Source: Batkoa obscura (taxonomy: Eukaryota). Taken from it: a stretch of 64,000 nt of DNA. The stretch spans positions 620,001 through 684,000 of the forward strand of contig JASVEC010000020.1 of the NCBI GenBank assembly GCA_030770535.1. The letters run 5' to 3'. Numbering within the stretch: the first letter of the stretch is position 1; each line of letters begins with the position of its first letter. Of the stretch, positions 10,519-23,544 are shown one piece after another. The notes beneath the pieces were generated by a model that was not told the DNA's origin, did not search any database, and saw only the letters and a list, made by a program, of their open reading frames with translations. A program made the position numbers and the translations under genes.

Positions 10519-12434
10519 ATGATGGATGATAATAATATGGACATAACTTTTCCAAGTAGCGCTAAAGTCAATAAAAAATTAGCTTCTGGTTTAAGTAATT
10601 TAGAATTTGATCCTTGGTCAACTAAACCAGCTTCTGAGTTGCCCACGCTATTAAAAACGGAATTAAAAGTATCCAATCCATCAGAAAAGGAAACAGGTAA
10701 CATAAAATACAGCTGATTTAAGTTTATAATAATATTAAACTTCTTATATAAAAGAAATTAAATGGCAAGGTACGATGAATGAAGCAATCTTACCTATTAA
10801 TAGTAATAGAGATTCATTTTATGAGTCAAGTAGTAATTTTATGGAAAATACAGAAAGTTTGATAACAGATAGTACCAGTCCTCCTAACGCCAATTTAAAT
10901 TTCGATTGGGATAAAAATTTGTATTTTGCACCAACAACGGATTTAGAAGCCGAGTTTAAAGACAATCAAATTAATAATATGATTCAAGCGGAGAAAATAT
11001 TCGTTCAGGAAAAAGCAATAACAAAGACAGTAAGTTTTCTCAATAATTAATTAAAATAATTTGCTTAAAATAAACTAAAATAGAAATCCCATCCTCATCA
11101 AATTAAAAATTTTCACTGGGATAATTATTTACCTGAAGAAACATTAGTGTTTAAATTAAAAGATATACCCAAAATTGTCGAAACTTTAGTTACTAACGTC
11201 AATGTTAATCCAAGTTATGAAACTTTATTATCTCCTGCTAATGGTTTATTTTTATATGCTAGATATGCTCATCAAATTCAATCGGAAGCTTTATTTAATG
11301 GTTTATTGAATTTGGCAATTCATACTATACAGAATATTGTTAAAGTAAATTAAGTTATAATTTATTAAATTAAACTAACATATAACATAAATATAGAACA
11401 AAACCCATGATGCCATTATATTAAGTTTTTGGATTACAAATTGTAATCAATTATTATATTATTTAAAGAGAGATCATGGATTATCAGTAGCTACAATAGA
11501 ACAACAAGTATTATTGCCAGAAATTATATATGATGCTTATACTTTTTTAATCTTAGGAGTTCAAGATCAATTGCTAAGATTATTAGAAAAATGTATGTTA
11601 CAACATGATATTATTCCTGGATTAGAAGATTTAGAATTTAAAGATCGAAAAACAAGCAGTAAATCCCATAATAGAAGAAGAAGTAAAACAAGATCTTTGT
11701 CTCCTAGACAGTTACCTTATTCACCAAGAACTATAACAACAGTGTTAGCTTCAATTCATAATGTATTTGAAACCTATCTAGTTCATCAGTCAATTGTTTT
11801 AAGATGCTTTAATCAATTATTTTATTTTGTTGCTACTTCATTATTTAATTCCATCTTAAAGTCAACGACTAATTGTTGTAGAGCAAAAGCGTTACAAGTT
11901 CGGATGAATTTGTCAAATTTGGAAGAATGGGCTAGAAATCAATATCCAGAAGTTACTCATAATAATATTACTTTACAATTTAAACCCTTGATTCAATTAT
12001 TAGAGTTATTACAATGTGTTACTAGATTAAAAACATTAAACAGTTTTTTGGAAACTATAACTACATTTGATACTTTAACTGCAATTCAAATATATATTGC
12101 TTTGAACAATTATTATTATGAAGTTGATGAAGAGCCTTTAAATAAAGAGATATTGAATTTAGTTAAATCAAGAGCAATTAATTATCCAAATGATAAGATA
12201 CCTAATAATATAAAGGAATTGAATAATAATAATAAAATGAATAATAATAATAATAAAATGAATAATAATAATAATAAAATGAATATTATTAATATTAAAA
12301 ATGGAATAAGAAATAGTTATCATATGTTGCCATTTGGTACTCCAAATCAATTAGAAATGGATCATTGGTGGTCCGATTATGCCCCTTTTTTACCAATGGA
12401 CTTAATACATGAAATCAATGAAGATGAAGATTAA
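10519..12434 (+). CDS. Dilute (DIL) domain protein, fungal YPR089W-like, 4 exons
   Basis: GT-AG introns after 10696, 11029 and 11344 join four ORF pieces in frame. Motifs: FHWDNYLPEETLVF, PANGLFLYARYA, LSFWITNCNQLLYYLKRD, and the DIL core FNQLFYF...CCRAKALQVRMNLSNLEEWAR...PLIQLLELLQ. Confidence 0.85.
12222..12281 (+). repeat. Coding tandem repeat (AAT)4-5 AAAATG x3, encoding NNNN(N)KM
   Basis: Read directly. Confidence 0.9.
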
Positions 12435-12452
12435 ATTGAAGATATTTTCAAT

Positions 12453-12453
<1 letters not shown>

Positions 12454-12491
<38 letters not shown>
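12454..12491. repeat. (TAT)n microsatellite in the 3' region of the DIL gene
   Basis: About 12 perfect units. Confidence 0.9.
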
Positions 12492-12492
<1 letters not shown>

Positions 12493-12544
12493 ATAAAAAG
12501 TAACGATTTTTTTAATTAAAAATAAATAGTTTATTACTACAAAT

Positions 12545-12642
12545 GGGGCTGTTTTTTTTAGTTTCATTATTTTTCCATTTTTTAAGCGCTATTTATGTGG
12601 AAAAATTGTCAGTAAAATTCTTAAATACAAAAATACATCCCC
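12545..12642 (+). mobile_element. ~99-bp MITE
   Basis: TSD AAAT/AAAT; lies between two convergent genes. Confidence 0.88.
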
Positions 12643-12795
12643 AAATATTGAATTTTATCATCACTTTTTAAATTATACTATTATTTATTATAACATATTT
12701 TAAATATTCATTTGATCTTTAATTATTTTATATTATTTAAATAATCTTATCGTAATTTATAACTTTACACTAATCACATCCTCCTTAATATTTTT

Positions 12796-14195
12796 TTATT
12801 TTTTATTTTCCAAAAATTGTTTTAATTGCTGTTTCCTAGATTCATTACTCCAAACTCTACCAAATTTAGGTAGCCATAATTCATTATTTTCTTTATTATT
12901 TTCATTATCTAATAGATTGAGTTTTAGTTAACATTTCTTTAAACTATTATAACAAAATAACAATAATTACTAATTCCTGCTTCTTCTTGTCTTAATATTT
13001 TACTAATCTTTGAATTTTTCTTTTTAATTTTCTTTAAGAAACCTTCAATACTTGGTCCATAGAAAGGGGTTGGTGACTTTGTTATATTGGTTGTCATCCA
13101 TGGTGGTACTAAAAGTTTATTAATAACAATGCTATTTTTATAATAAATAATTTTATTTAGTTGTTACCATTCCCTTCTTGATTTACATTCTTAAATTCTT
13201 CCTTTGGTTTAACCCGACTTATTTTTTTTAATTCTAATATTTAATATATAATCAATGAAAAATAAAAAACAAAAAATAAAAAATAAATATTACTAGTTGG
13301 TAAATCCGACAGTTTAATAGTCCTATTTTTTCTGATATTATTATTTATACAGATATCATCCACTTCATCCCTTTCTCTTTTAATATTAACTTTTTGCAAC
13401 GATAAACTAGAACTCTAAATCCTTTAGATAAGCATGAAAACTATAAAGCAAAATCAAAATTTACTTTAAAACTTCTTTCTTTTTCATTATCAACTTCAAT
13501 CTTATCTATAGATCATTGAATTTTATTATGATTTAATTTAAAACATTTAACTAATACCTCCTTCTCTATTTTTATTTAAACCAAATTCATCTATTATGTT
13601 GTTTTCAACTTTATATTTTATTAATATTTCTTTACACTTATCCTGATACTAAATCAAAAAGCAATTAACCTAATCTTTTTCATCCGTTTCCTCTCACTTA
13701 CCTTCTCCCACTCTTTTTTATTCAACCAAAACTCTTCCTTTTTAAACATTTCTTTTTCTTTCCCCTTTCGATCCGTTTTCTTTACCAAATAAGCCTTATT
13801 CAATTCCCAAAAATAATTAACTTTTTTAAAATGTGTTTGATGATTCCAATGTAAATAAATAAAATCAGCAATAAATTGGAGTCCTAACTTTTTAGTCTTT
13901 AATTCTCTTTGACAAATTCCACAATAAAATAAAGGTTGTTCGGACCCATCGGTAGACAACAAAGGTTCCTTTAGAAACAAAAGGTGCTTATCAAAGTTCT
14001 ATAAGTTCAATTTAAAAAAGTAAAGTTGAACTAGTTTGAAGTTGTTGCTATTTAATTTACCTGTTTTATTTTACTTAATTGATATTTGACATTTTCAATA
14101 TGTTTTTTGGTATAATAATGTTTTTTATGGCCTTCTGTAGACAGTTTACATATTGAACAATAATATAAATCTTCAGAGTTGATCACTGATTTCAT
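12796..14195 (-). CDS. CENATAC: CENATAC/CCDC84 orthologue (minor-spliceosome zinc-finger protein), 8 exons
   Basis: Hand-spliced through seven GT-AG introns, all in frame. Zinc finger 1 YCSICKL..GHKKHYYTKKH; zinc finger 2 FYCGICQRE...H.NHQTHFKKVNYFWELN; C-terminal motifs NVNQEGNVPPWM, GPSIEGFLK and WLPKFGRVWSNESR.QQ..QF, as in CCDC84. Confidence 0.88.
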
Positions 14196-14291
14196 TTAAT
14201 TTAATAAAAATAAAGTAGAAACAAATAAAAAATTGAATCAAGTGGAAGTTTCAATGCATTTTTTGTGACGAGCATTGAAATTTTTAAATAT

Positions 14292-14387
14292 GGGGATGTA
14301 TTTTTTCGTTTAAGAATTTTACTGAGAATTTTTCCACTCAAATAGTAGTTAAAAAATGGAAAAGTAATGAAATCAAAAAGCATCCCC
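14292..14387 (-). mobile_element. ~99-bp MITE about 100 bp upstream of the CENATAC start codon
   Basis: Reverse copy; TSD ATAT/ATAT. Confidence 0.87.
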
Positions 14388-14581
14388 ATATGTTGTGATT
14401 TTAAACTTGAAATCAAATCAAGTTTTTGGTATTTATTATAGGTTGGAGTTATACAACATCTTATAAATAGATTTAAGTTTGTAGTATATATCATACTTTC
14501 AATCCTATTTTTATAAACTATAAATCGCTTTTTATATTTTTTGTATTTTTTATAATAATAAATACTTTAATTTATAACAAT

Positions 14582-15042
14582 TGTGAAATATTGCTTTGTC
14601 AGTCCCATGGTTAATTACAGCATAACAATCGCCTAAGCTGCTGTGTTCTTGAGTTCAGAGAAAATCAGTCCCACGCTCTTAGTTTGATTTGCTATAAGAA
14701 TTTCTAGCTCCATCCCAAAGAATATTATCTTCTCGTTTTGATATTTATACTTTTCAGAGTATAAAAGAGTTTACAGAGTATAGTAGTTCGAGGCTTTTTA
14801 ACTGAATTATTCTTTGATATCTCGAACATTTAATAAAGCCACTAAGTTTTAATAGTATTTTTCGTAGATTTCACATTATTATTGTCTATTTTATTTGTCT
14901 TATATAGCTTGTAACCTATTACATGCTATTCCTCATAGTCCAAGTCTATCTTAGTCACATAAACTAAGACCCTTCGACTTATAGTGTAGTCAACCCAGAA
15001 ATAGCTGTTCTTGACTCCAAACCCTGAGTACCAGATTTCACA
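14582..15042 (-). mobile_element. Solo-LTR-like element (461 bp)
   Basis: TGTGAAA...TTTCACA termini, internal TATATAA, homologous to 33723-34186 and 47364-47816. No matching TSD. Confidence 0.75.
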
Positions 15043-15495
15043 GCTTAAATTAAAAATACTAAATCAAAAATAATTGATATTTTAGTTAGTTTATTCTTAA
15101 AAATAGTAGCTATTAGGATTAGTTATACTATTTCTGCTTAAGCCATTTTAGCTAATTATAACTTGACATAACAAAAATTTATGATTAAAATTATTTAACT
15201 AGTATGATTAATTAAATAACTTCAAAAATTTAAATAGTTAAATGCTATTTTAGCATTTAATTAGTGGTCAGAAATTAGACACTAACATTCTACTACTATG
15301 TCAACAAATCAATATTTGTTTATTGGTGTAATCCAATCATTATCAAAATAAAGTTATATAATTGGATAAAATGATTTTATTCCAACTTTAGTCAAAGTTG
15401 GTAATTTCATTTGACTAATCCTTAGAAATATTTCTTCCCTTTCAGATTTTAAATTCCTTTTTTCTAATTTCTTAGATCAAACACAGTAATCCAAC

Positions 15496-17999
15496 ATGGA
15501 TATGAATTTCTTACAATTAATTAATCAAGAGCAAACAAGTACATATCAAGACAACGATGTTGTCCCAAGACATATATCACCATCCCCAATCTTAGACGAA
15601 AAAGAAGAAGGAAGACGAAGGGAATCGATGTTAAATGATTCTTATTTGAAACAAATGCAATATGAAAATTCCATTTCTGAATTAAAACCTAATAAGGTGA
15701 GATTTGACTATATTTTAAAAAAATCATTATATTAAGATTCCACCCAATTAACTCAATTACTTTATAGGCAATTTCTAATTTCAATTTCGCTTTCAACAAC
15801 CCAACTGTCATGGCCCATCGTTATTTTCGCTCGCAAGAACGAAGTGCTACTATCCCCTTAAGTTATGATTTATTTATTGGACAAAGTAAAGAAGAATGCG
15901 AGCGAAATCGGGGGAATAGAAAAAACCCCAACTATACTACATTAAAAAGAAAAGTTTATTTTCCTAATGGAGAAAGAAGGGTATTAAATGTGGAAACTAA
16001 TTTTAATAGAGAAGTTTATGTTACGGAAAATGAAAAGAGGGTCAAAAAAGAATTGGAGGAGGTAGAGTGCGATTATGGAAACATTCAAGTGGAAGAAAAG
16101 TTGTTTCATTTTCCCAAATTATTGGAGACAGGGGAAGTGGTTTATAATATGAAGGAAGAAGGGCAGCTGATAAAGGAGGAAAAAGAGGAAGAACTCAAAA
16201 AGAAACCAAAAAAATATAAATATACGCTGTATGATTATGATTATGGTATTGAAGTTACTGAGCCTATAGAGGAGATTATTACGGATAAACCACAAGGCGA
16301 AGTTAATTCTCATGAGAGATTGATGGAGAGGTATGAAGAAAACAAAAGAATTGATAATGGTAATAGCAATGATTATATGGATATTAGAGTGAAGGAAGAT
16401 GAGGAGGAAATTATTGAAGAGATTATAATTGAACAAAGTAATAACATAGGAAAAGAATTAAGTTTAAAAAATGAAGAGGTTGAAATTATGGACTTTACCA
16501 AAATGGATGAAATTATAAACTCAAATCTTAATTCAGAGATAGTAATGGATCACCATAATACAAAAATAGATCCAACAACAACTAATAAAAATGAAGTGAA
16601 TATTTTTAAAGAAGAATTATATCGATCAGTAAGCTTAAAGAATGGTAATGGATTATATCAGTTAGATGAAATTGGCCATAGTAAAATTCAAGCTTTATGT
16701 GATTTAAAAAACAATACTACAATAAAAACAAAGTTGATAAGAGAAAGGCAAACCGATGTGATTAGGAATATAAATCGATGCAATCAATTAGTAACTCAAG
16801 AATACGCTGATTCTGATCTAAAACTTGAGGGATGGGATTATCTTAATAAACAGGTTGCTGCTTGTTTAAAAATTGAAGCTAATGAACGACCGGATTTAGA
16901 TTATGATTCCGAAATCTCATCAGATGAAGAAGAAATCATAATGGAACGTAAACCTATCAATGAAGTTATTCAACAACAAATGGGAAAGGATGGTCCTTCT
17001 TTAATAAAATCCGATGAAGAAGAACATGATATTGAAGAAGAAAATTTCAATTGGATTGATTTCCATAATCCAAAGAAAGGATTTGATACATCTGTTCAAT
17101 TTAACAAAAACAATGGGGATTCTAGATTAGAGCATTTATTAAGAGAATTCAACAATGATAATTTACAAGCGGATAAACTAGTCAAATTAAACCGAATATT
17201 AACGGATACATTTGGACCAAGAGTAATTGCCAAAAAACATGAATTAGAACAATTGCCTGAATTTTTCAGAAACTATGCTTGGACAAGTGAGCGACCTAGA
17301 TTATATGATGTCAAAGATTGTTCAATTCAAAATAAATTTAAACAACAGAATGAAAGTTATAATGGTAAAGTGGCACCCGAGATTAATAATATAATTCAAG
17401 AAGAAATGATATTTCAATTATTTCCAGAAGTTAAAGAGTTGAGAAAACAAGCAGATAATATGGAATGTTTAGAAAATGGGATCAAAAGAAAGAGAGATTT
17501 AGATCTCGTACCAAAATTAAAAATGAATACTAAAAGCATTGAAAAAACACGTTTACAAAATTATCGTGCTATGGATATGGAATTGTTTTATTTAAAACCT
17601 GATACTGATCCAAGTGAGGTGAGGACCTTAATATGTAATAAAAAATTATATCGAATTCGTATGGAAAATCGAACTTCAAATACACCAGATAAACATAAAA
17701 TTTCGGATAAACATGCACCAAGAAACTATAAACGTCCTAAATTGGCAATGAATAATGTAAACAATAAAAAGAATCAATTGATGGAAGGAAATTTAAAATA
17801 TGGAGTAGCTTTAGAGGATCCAATACATGTTAATACAATTGAAGATAATGTAGGTTTAGTGAGAGTTACTAAACATTTAGATGATATTTACATGCCATTG
17901 GGAGAGCTGCCTTTTGAATATTTTAAAAGTAATGAAGAGTTATGGAGATCGAATACGAACACCCGTTTGGAAGATGAATTTAGGGGCGTTTTCAATTAA
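15496..17999 (+). CDS. Uncharacterised acidic, probably nuclear protein of about 810 aa (2 exons; intron 15697-15767); weak resemblance to Rxt2 N-terminal motifs
   Basis: In-frame GT-AG intron joins the 79-aa and 729-aa ORFs. E/D-rich with basic NLS-like patches (KRKR, KRPK). NRGNRK...KVYFPNGERRVL recalls the RXT2_N motif (weak). Confidence 0.75.
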
Positions 18000-18642
18000 A
18001 TTAGAAGCTTATTCAAGAGCGGTTGAGCTCTAAAGATTTAAGTTTATCAATTTTTGATTATAGAGTTGATTGTTGAGTTTGGAATAATAAAATTGGCAAG
18101 TTATTTATAATACAATTTAATAATTCGTTTATTTTCGTGTCAAATAATGATTATAATAGCAAAGTTTATTAGGTTATATTTTATAGAAGAATTCTAATAA
18201 CAAATTGAAGAAAATTTTAATATAATGTATTTTACTTTTACCAATATGACATTAAATTTTAATTGAAAAGTTTTTCATCTTTATAAGATCCTTTCTACTA
18301 TTAAAAATTAACATAGATATAAACAAAATAGAAATTAGTAATTATGTATTATTGTTTCTAAATTTCTTAAAAGGAAAAATCCACAAATGCTTTATTAAGC
18401 TCAAATAAGATTTAATTCAATACAATAAAACCTAAGGCCCATTTAGAAGGAAGCCCTCCACCTTTTTTTGTTTCCGATAATTTAACCAAGGATAGTGAGA
18501 ATTAAGTACCAAGTGATTTTTCTCAGCAAAGAGGGAAAAGCGTGAGGGGTCTTGATGACTCAAAATTAAAAAAAAGTCTTTTATATATCTCATAACCATG
18601 TGTTATTTAATATAATGAGCTAAATTAAGACAAACAACAATT

Positions 18643-18740
18643 GGAGATTTTTCTTTTGATTTCACTACTTTTCCATTTTTTGAGCACTATTTGAGTGGAA
18701 AAATTCTTAGTAAAATTCTTAAACAAAAAAATATATCCTC
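18643..18740 (+). mobile_element. ~99-bp MITE
   Basis: Degenerate TIRs; TSD AATT/AATT. Confidence 0.82.
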
Positions 18741-18802
18741 AATTACTATTTTGAACAAAAATAAACTAAAATCAATATTTATTACTTTTTAAACAATAAC
18801 TT

Positions 18803-20839
18803 TTAGCACTGTCCCTTTGGACAAGCAAAAGTCCAGGCTACTTTACTCTGTTCCAATCCAGAAATTGAAAAAATGGCATGAAATAAACCCCCAATACCTT
18901 CCCCTGCAATAAGTCCTGAGGCCAATGCTACACCCATTAAATTCCAATATTTTGGATTAATTTTAGCCCAAACTAAAGCAATCAAAGCCCCAATTAAAAA
19001 AGCTAATGGGATATATGGTGTTGGACTAACAAAAGCAATACCTATGGCATTCCAATTTGGTAAGTAATTTTTATATTTTTTTAAATAACTTTTTTTTAGT
19101 ATAGTAAATAGAATAGTTGATAGACCAAATATTAAACAAGCAATCTGACACGATTCGGGTACTGTTTTTAAAAAATCCGTAGTTAAAGCTAATGTGACAC
19201 CAACCCATCCAGCCGCCCCTGGTACTGTATAGGGACAATTGTCCGAAGAATTATTGATATCTAAAATACATGGATAAGCTGTAGCAAATAACATAAACAA
19301 AACAACAGCAATAATAACCCCAAACACAGATCCAACTAATTGAGCATAAAATTGTGATTTGGGTGAGACATGTAATAAATGACCGGTTTTTAAGTCACCT
19401 ACCATATCCACTGTTTGTTGACTACATGCGGCAGCTAGTACGCCAGCAATAATATTATTCGTTTGTTTGGTTTGGATGTCAATGGCATTTATCTTAGCAA
19501 AGCAAAACTGAGATGCTTTACCAATCACTCCTGTGGGATTGATATCCGTTTCTCCAGCTGCTTGACACCCAATGAAGGAAAAGATGAAACCTAGTAAGGC
19601 AGCTAAGATGCCTGCCCCGATAAACATATTAAAATAAAATCTCAAAACTAAAACAGTTAATAATAGGGAAGCTAATGTACCAGATAACCACATCCGTAAA
19701 GGTATTTGACCTTCATCTTTAACAGGATCTAAATTATCTTGACCATAAAAGGCTCTTTTTTTTATAGGAAATAGATAAGCTAATAGATTATTGAATTGAA
19801 TCAACATAGATTTAATAGCACCTAAGATAGTCTTATAATCCATAAATAATTCGGTAAAGGAAGATGATAACATGATGACTATTCCTACCCAAACACACCA
19901 AGATTGTACAGTAGCCCCTTCTTTTTTATAACCCCAAGGCTTGGTAATATTGACATCAGAGGTAGTATAAAATAATATAGGTCCAATGATGCCCCATGCT
20001 AACACATCCCCAATAAAAAAAGAAATGGAAGTATTTAATCCAACCATCATACCCGCCCCAAAGAAAGCAGTAGTAATTTGTAGATGCCATTTCCAAAAAG
20101 GATCAATTAGTTGAAGTATAGTTGAATTTGTTGGTATAGATAACCAATAGAATAGATGCATATCTAATAGAAATGGAATAAAATACCCAACTGTTTTGTA
20201 TATTATAGAAAATACAAAAGAGCCTAAAATCCATTTTGTTTTTACTTTGGCTTCAATACCATCTTTTGCATGTAATGAACGAATAGTTAGTGCTGCTGCT
20301 GTAGGTGAAGGAAACACTAATTTTCTTTGAATAATAAATAACTTCCTTAATGGCACTGCAAAAAATAAACCATAGAAACCAGCTGCAATGGTCCACATAA
20401 ATAATAACTCCCAACACTCTTGAACTGGAGGCAGTAACTTCATTCTAAATAAAGCTGGTATACCACCTACGTAGCCAGCGAATAAACCACCAGCTGTAGT
20501 AGCGGCTGTTTGTATAGTACAATTTTCTTTTATTCCAAAAGCACCCCCTAGGAGATAAGGGGGAAGTTTGGAGATTGGTTTGAGAATGGCATAGCCGAGA
20601 ATCGAACCAAAGATAGAGGCAGAAAAAGACCAGCCTGCTTTCATACCAAGATACATGTTACTTGTAGCAATGATACAACCGAGCAAGGAACCCAATATGG
20701 AGGCACGCCAAGTGAATTCAGTTGGGATATCATCGTCTTCATGGTCCTCGTAGTGGTCATGAGAAGTGATTGGAAGGTCAATGTAATATTTATCATTATT
20801 TGAGGGATGATTAATGATGGATGAGGGTTTCTGTGTCAT
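18803..20839 (-). CDS. OPT-superfamily transporter, YSL-like clade
   Basis: FTWRA, SNMYLGMKAGW, KENCTIQTAA, FPSPTAAA, GETDINP, DLKTGHL..SP.SQFYAQ, ASGLIAGEG; many TM helices; intronless. Confidence 0.93.
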   Translation of the reverse strand: MTQKPSSIINHPSNNDKYYIDLPITSHDHYEDHEDDDIPTEFTWRASILGSLLGCIIATSNMYLGMKAGWSFSASIFGSILGYAILKPISKLPPYLLGGAFGIKENCTIQTAATTAGGLFAGYVGGIPALFRMKLLPPVQECWELLFMWTIAAGFYGLFFAVPLRKLFIIQRKLVFPSPTAAALTIRSLHAKDGIEAKVKTKWILGSFVFSIIYKTVGYFIPFLLDMHLFYWLSIPTNSTILQLIDPFWKWHLQITTAFFGAGMMVGLNTSISFFIGDVLAWGIIGPILFYTTSDVNITKPWGYKKEGATVQSWCVWVGIVIMLSSSFTELFMDYKTILGAIKSMLIQFNNLLAYLFPIKKRAFYGQDNLDPVKDEGQIPLRMWLSGTLASLLLTVLVLRFYFNMFIGAGILAALLGFIFSFIGCQAAGETDINPTGVIGKASQFCFAKINAIDIQTKQTNNIIAGVLAAACSQQTVDMVGDLKTGHLLHVSPKSQFYAQLVGSVFGVIIAVVLFMLFATAYPCILDINNSSDNCPYTVPGAAGWVGVTLALTTDFLKTVPESCQIACLIFGLSTILFTILKKSYLKKYKNYLPNWNAIGIAFVSPTPYIPLAFLIGALIALVWAKINPKYWNLMGVALASGLIAGEGIGGLFHAIFSISGLEQSKVAWTFACPKGQC

Positions 20840-21478
20840 TTTGATAAATTAAAGAAGGAAAAGTGAAATGCAATTGTTAATTTTATATACATGAAACGGA
20901 AATATTTTTACTAAATTTGGAATGTTTCTAGAAATTCTAGAAATTCTAATAAGAAATGGGTTCTATCCTTGAGTTTTATATGCGGAAATAATGAGTTAGA
21001 ATGTCTTTTCTCTATAAATTGTTTTAGGATGATTGGACAATGTGACTTAATTGGTTATCTAATTCTTATTATAACTCAAAGATTAATAAAACAATCTTTT
21101 TTATACTTTTTTCTTTAATATGATTATGGAAATTATTATTAATGTATATTTAATTCATTAAATAATAATAATACAGGAGAAGTAACAGCAAAGAGTTCTT
21201 TCTATTTTATTAACTGGAGGTATGATAACAAAAAAATATTAAATTTCAAAGTTAATAAAAGGACTTAATGAAAATTATTTGATAACTTTTATTATTTCCA
21301 TTTTGTTCCAAAGATTCGAGATTTATTTTTATAAATTATACTTTATTCTTTTAAGAATAACTTCTAAAGTCCCCATTTTGGAGTTTATTTATTAAGTGGA
21401 TTCTAATGAATTTATTAATATAATAAAATAAACATGAAAGATATTTATAACTTAATTTTAATGACTTCATATTTATTA

Positions 21479-23278
21479 TTAAAACTCATCAAACCCATCC
21501 ACAATCATTTTGGTAGTATCATCCAATGTAGATTTATCAATTATTAATTTAGAGTATTTATCGAATAAATAAGAATTGTTTTCAATATCAAATAAGCTAA
21601 TTTTATTACCATTTAGTTTAACTTTGAGTTTTGAATTCCTACACTTCTTTAAACAATCGAATAATTTCTTTATTCCATGAATAGTAATTTGATTGTTAGA
21701 AAGATCAATTAAATGTAATGAAGTATCAATTAAATAGTTTATCAAATATTCTATATCAATATCAGTAATTCGACTTGAAGGTATACAAATTTGCTTCAAA
21801 TTTTTGATATCTGAAAATAATTTAAAAAAAGATGCAGCAATTTCTTTAAATTTACAACCTTTAAAATCTAATTTTAATACATTTAATTTAGAATGTTGAA
21901 ATAAGCTAGATAATTGGCATAAACTAGAGGGATTAGCTAAATATAAGCCAAATAAATTTAATTCCTTTAAATTGTCAATTTGATTTAAATGACTTAATAA
22001 ATTAGAGATTAAATCTAACTCAATTTCAAATTGTGATAAATTAATAATTTCTAGTTTCTTGTGTTGTGATATACTTTTCAATAACTTACACATACTTTCA
22101 TTATCTTCATTTTCAATACCTACTTTATCTAAATTTAGTTCCATTAAAGTAACATTCTTGCTTAATCCAATACTTAATTTTACTAAAAATTCCTTAATAA
22201 TATAACTATTTGATAAACTTAATACTTTTAATTGACAATTAGGATGACTTAATAATTCTATTAAGATGTCTCCAATAGTATCATTTAATATAACATTCTC
22301 CAGATATAATTCGTTAAAATAGAAACTACCAATTAAATTCTTAAATAAAATGAAATAACAGTCATCTTTTAATTGACAATTGATTAATTTGATTGTTTTT
22401 AATTGAATCTTATTAAATAGTTGATTAATAATATTACTTGATTCATAGCTTAATGTTGTACTTAATAATATGAGCTCTTTAATATTGCTCTTCATATTGT
22501 TGCTAACATCCTTTTTATTAAAAATAACCTGTTTATTCACTAATAATAAAGCTTTAAAATAAGGAATCAACTCCTTTTTACTATAATTAAAGTTACAAAA
22601 ATAAAAACCTAAACTACTAATCTTGTCATTAAATATTAAATCAAACACACAATTTTCTTCTTTATGCTTTATCCGATGACTTAACTTTTCTAAATCTAAA
22701 TGATGATACTGAATTGTATTCAAACGAAATATTGGATCATTTAAATATTCATTCTTTTCATAAAAATCAACAAAATTTAACTTTATACTCTCAATACCTT
22801 TGATTATCAATTTAGTAAAATAAATTAATTCCATATCATCACAATTAAATTTAAGCTCCTTATTAATCGTCGTTTCTGTTAACCAAACTTTAAAAAATAA
22901 ATTGAAATAAATATTAAAAAAAGTTAATCGAAACTCCTTAAAACTAACTACAGCAGTGTTTTCTACATTCACTAATTTCAATAAATAACACAGCTCTTTT
23001 CGCCATAAATATTGTAAATAGTTATCCAAATTAGTTTTTCCTTTCCATTTATTGACTATAAATAACTCTATCAATTTATTTACACGTTGCTTTTCTTTGA
23101 TATTGAGGTTACTATTTGTGTTGATTTCTTTTAATTCAAAATAATGAATTAATTTTAATTGTGTTAATATGTCTTTAATGAGGCGATCATTTAACCGAAA
23201 TAGCAATTGGGTATTAAGCTTTATTAGCGAATAATTGGAGATTGTTTCTAATACTACTGACTTTAGACTTGGGATCAT
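21479..23278 (-). CDS. RNI-like leucine-rich repeat protein
   Basis: C-terminal LxxLxLxxN/C repeats (LKVLSLSNS, LMELNLDKV, LEIINLSQF, LHLIDLSNNQIT, KLNGNKI); N-terminal IPSLKSVVL motif. Confidence 0.8.
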   Translation of the reverse strand: MIPSLKSVVLETISNYSLIKLNTQLLFRLNDRLIKDILTQLKLIHYFELKEINTNSNLNIKEKQRVNKLIELFIVNKWKGKTNLDNYLQYLWRKELCYLLKLVNVENTAVVSFKEFRLTFFNIYFNLFFKVWLTETTINKELKFNCDDMELIYFTKLIIKGIESIKLNFVDFYEKNEYLNDPIFRLNTIQYHHLDLEKLSHRIKHKEENCVFDLIFNDKISSLGFYFCNFNYSKKELIPYFKALLLVNKQVIFNKKDVSNNMKSNIKELILLSTTLSYESSNIINQLFNKIQLKTIKLINCQLKDDCYFILFKNLIGSFYFNELYLENVILNDTIGDILIELLSHPNCQLKVLSLSNSYIIKEFLVKLSIGLSKNVTLMELNLDKVGIENEDNESMCKLLKSISQHKKLEIINLSQFEIELDLISNLLSHLNQIDNLKELNLFGLYLANPSSLCQLSSLFQHSKLNVLKLDFKGCKFKEIAASFFKLFSDIKNLKQICIPSSRITDIDIEYLINYLIDTSLHLIDLSNNQITIHGIKKLFDCLKKCRNSKLKVKLNGNKISLFDIENNSYLFDKYSKLIIDKSTLDDTTKMIVDGFDEF

Positions 23279-23544
23279 TATTTTTGTATTACTTTTTAAT
23301 TGATTGCTATTATTTATACTCTTTTAATGATTAAAAAGAATAAAAAACAAAATAATCAAACAACCATTATTATATTATTTATTTTGCAACCTAATTTGTG
23401 CAAAAATTCATATTTAAATGCCACTTTATGAAGCATAAGTTTAAAAACGTGATGTAAAAAGATCTTAAAATTAAGGGGTCTAAAATTGATCAAAGCAGAT
23501 AACAGAAAATCAACACTTATTTTTGTTATAAATATAAAAAAAAA

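Noticed and set aside
14201..14494. 97-aa ORF (also 48377-48601)
   Set aside because: Chance read-through of MITE sequence.
20920..20950. TTCTAGAAA tandem upstream of the 18803 OPT as a heat-shock element
   Set aside because: The 9-bp period breaks the 5-bp nGAAn phasing.
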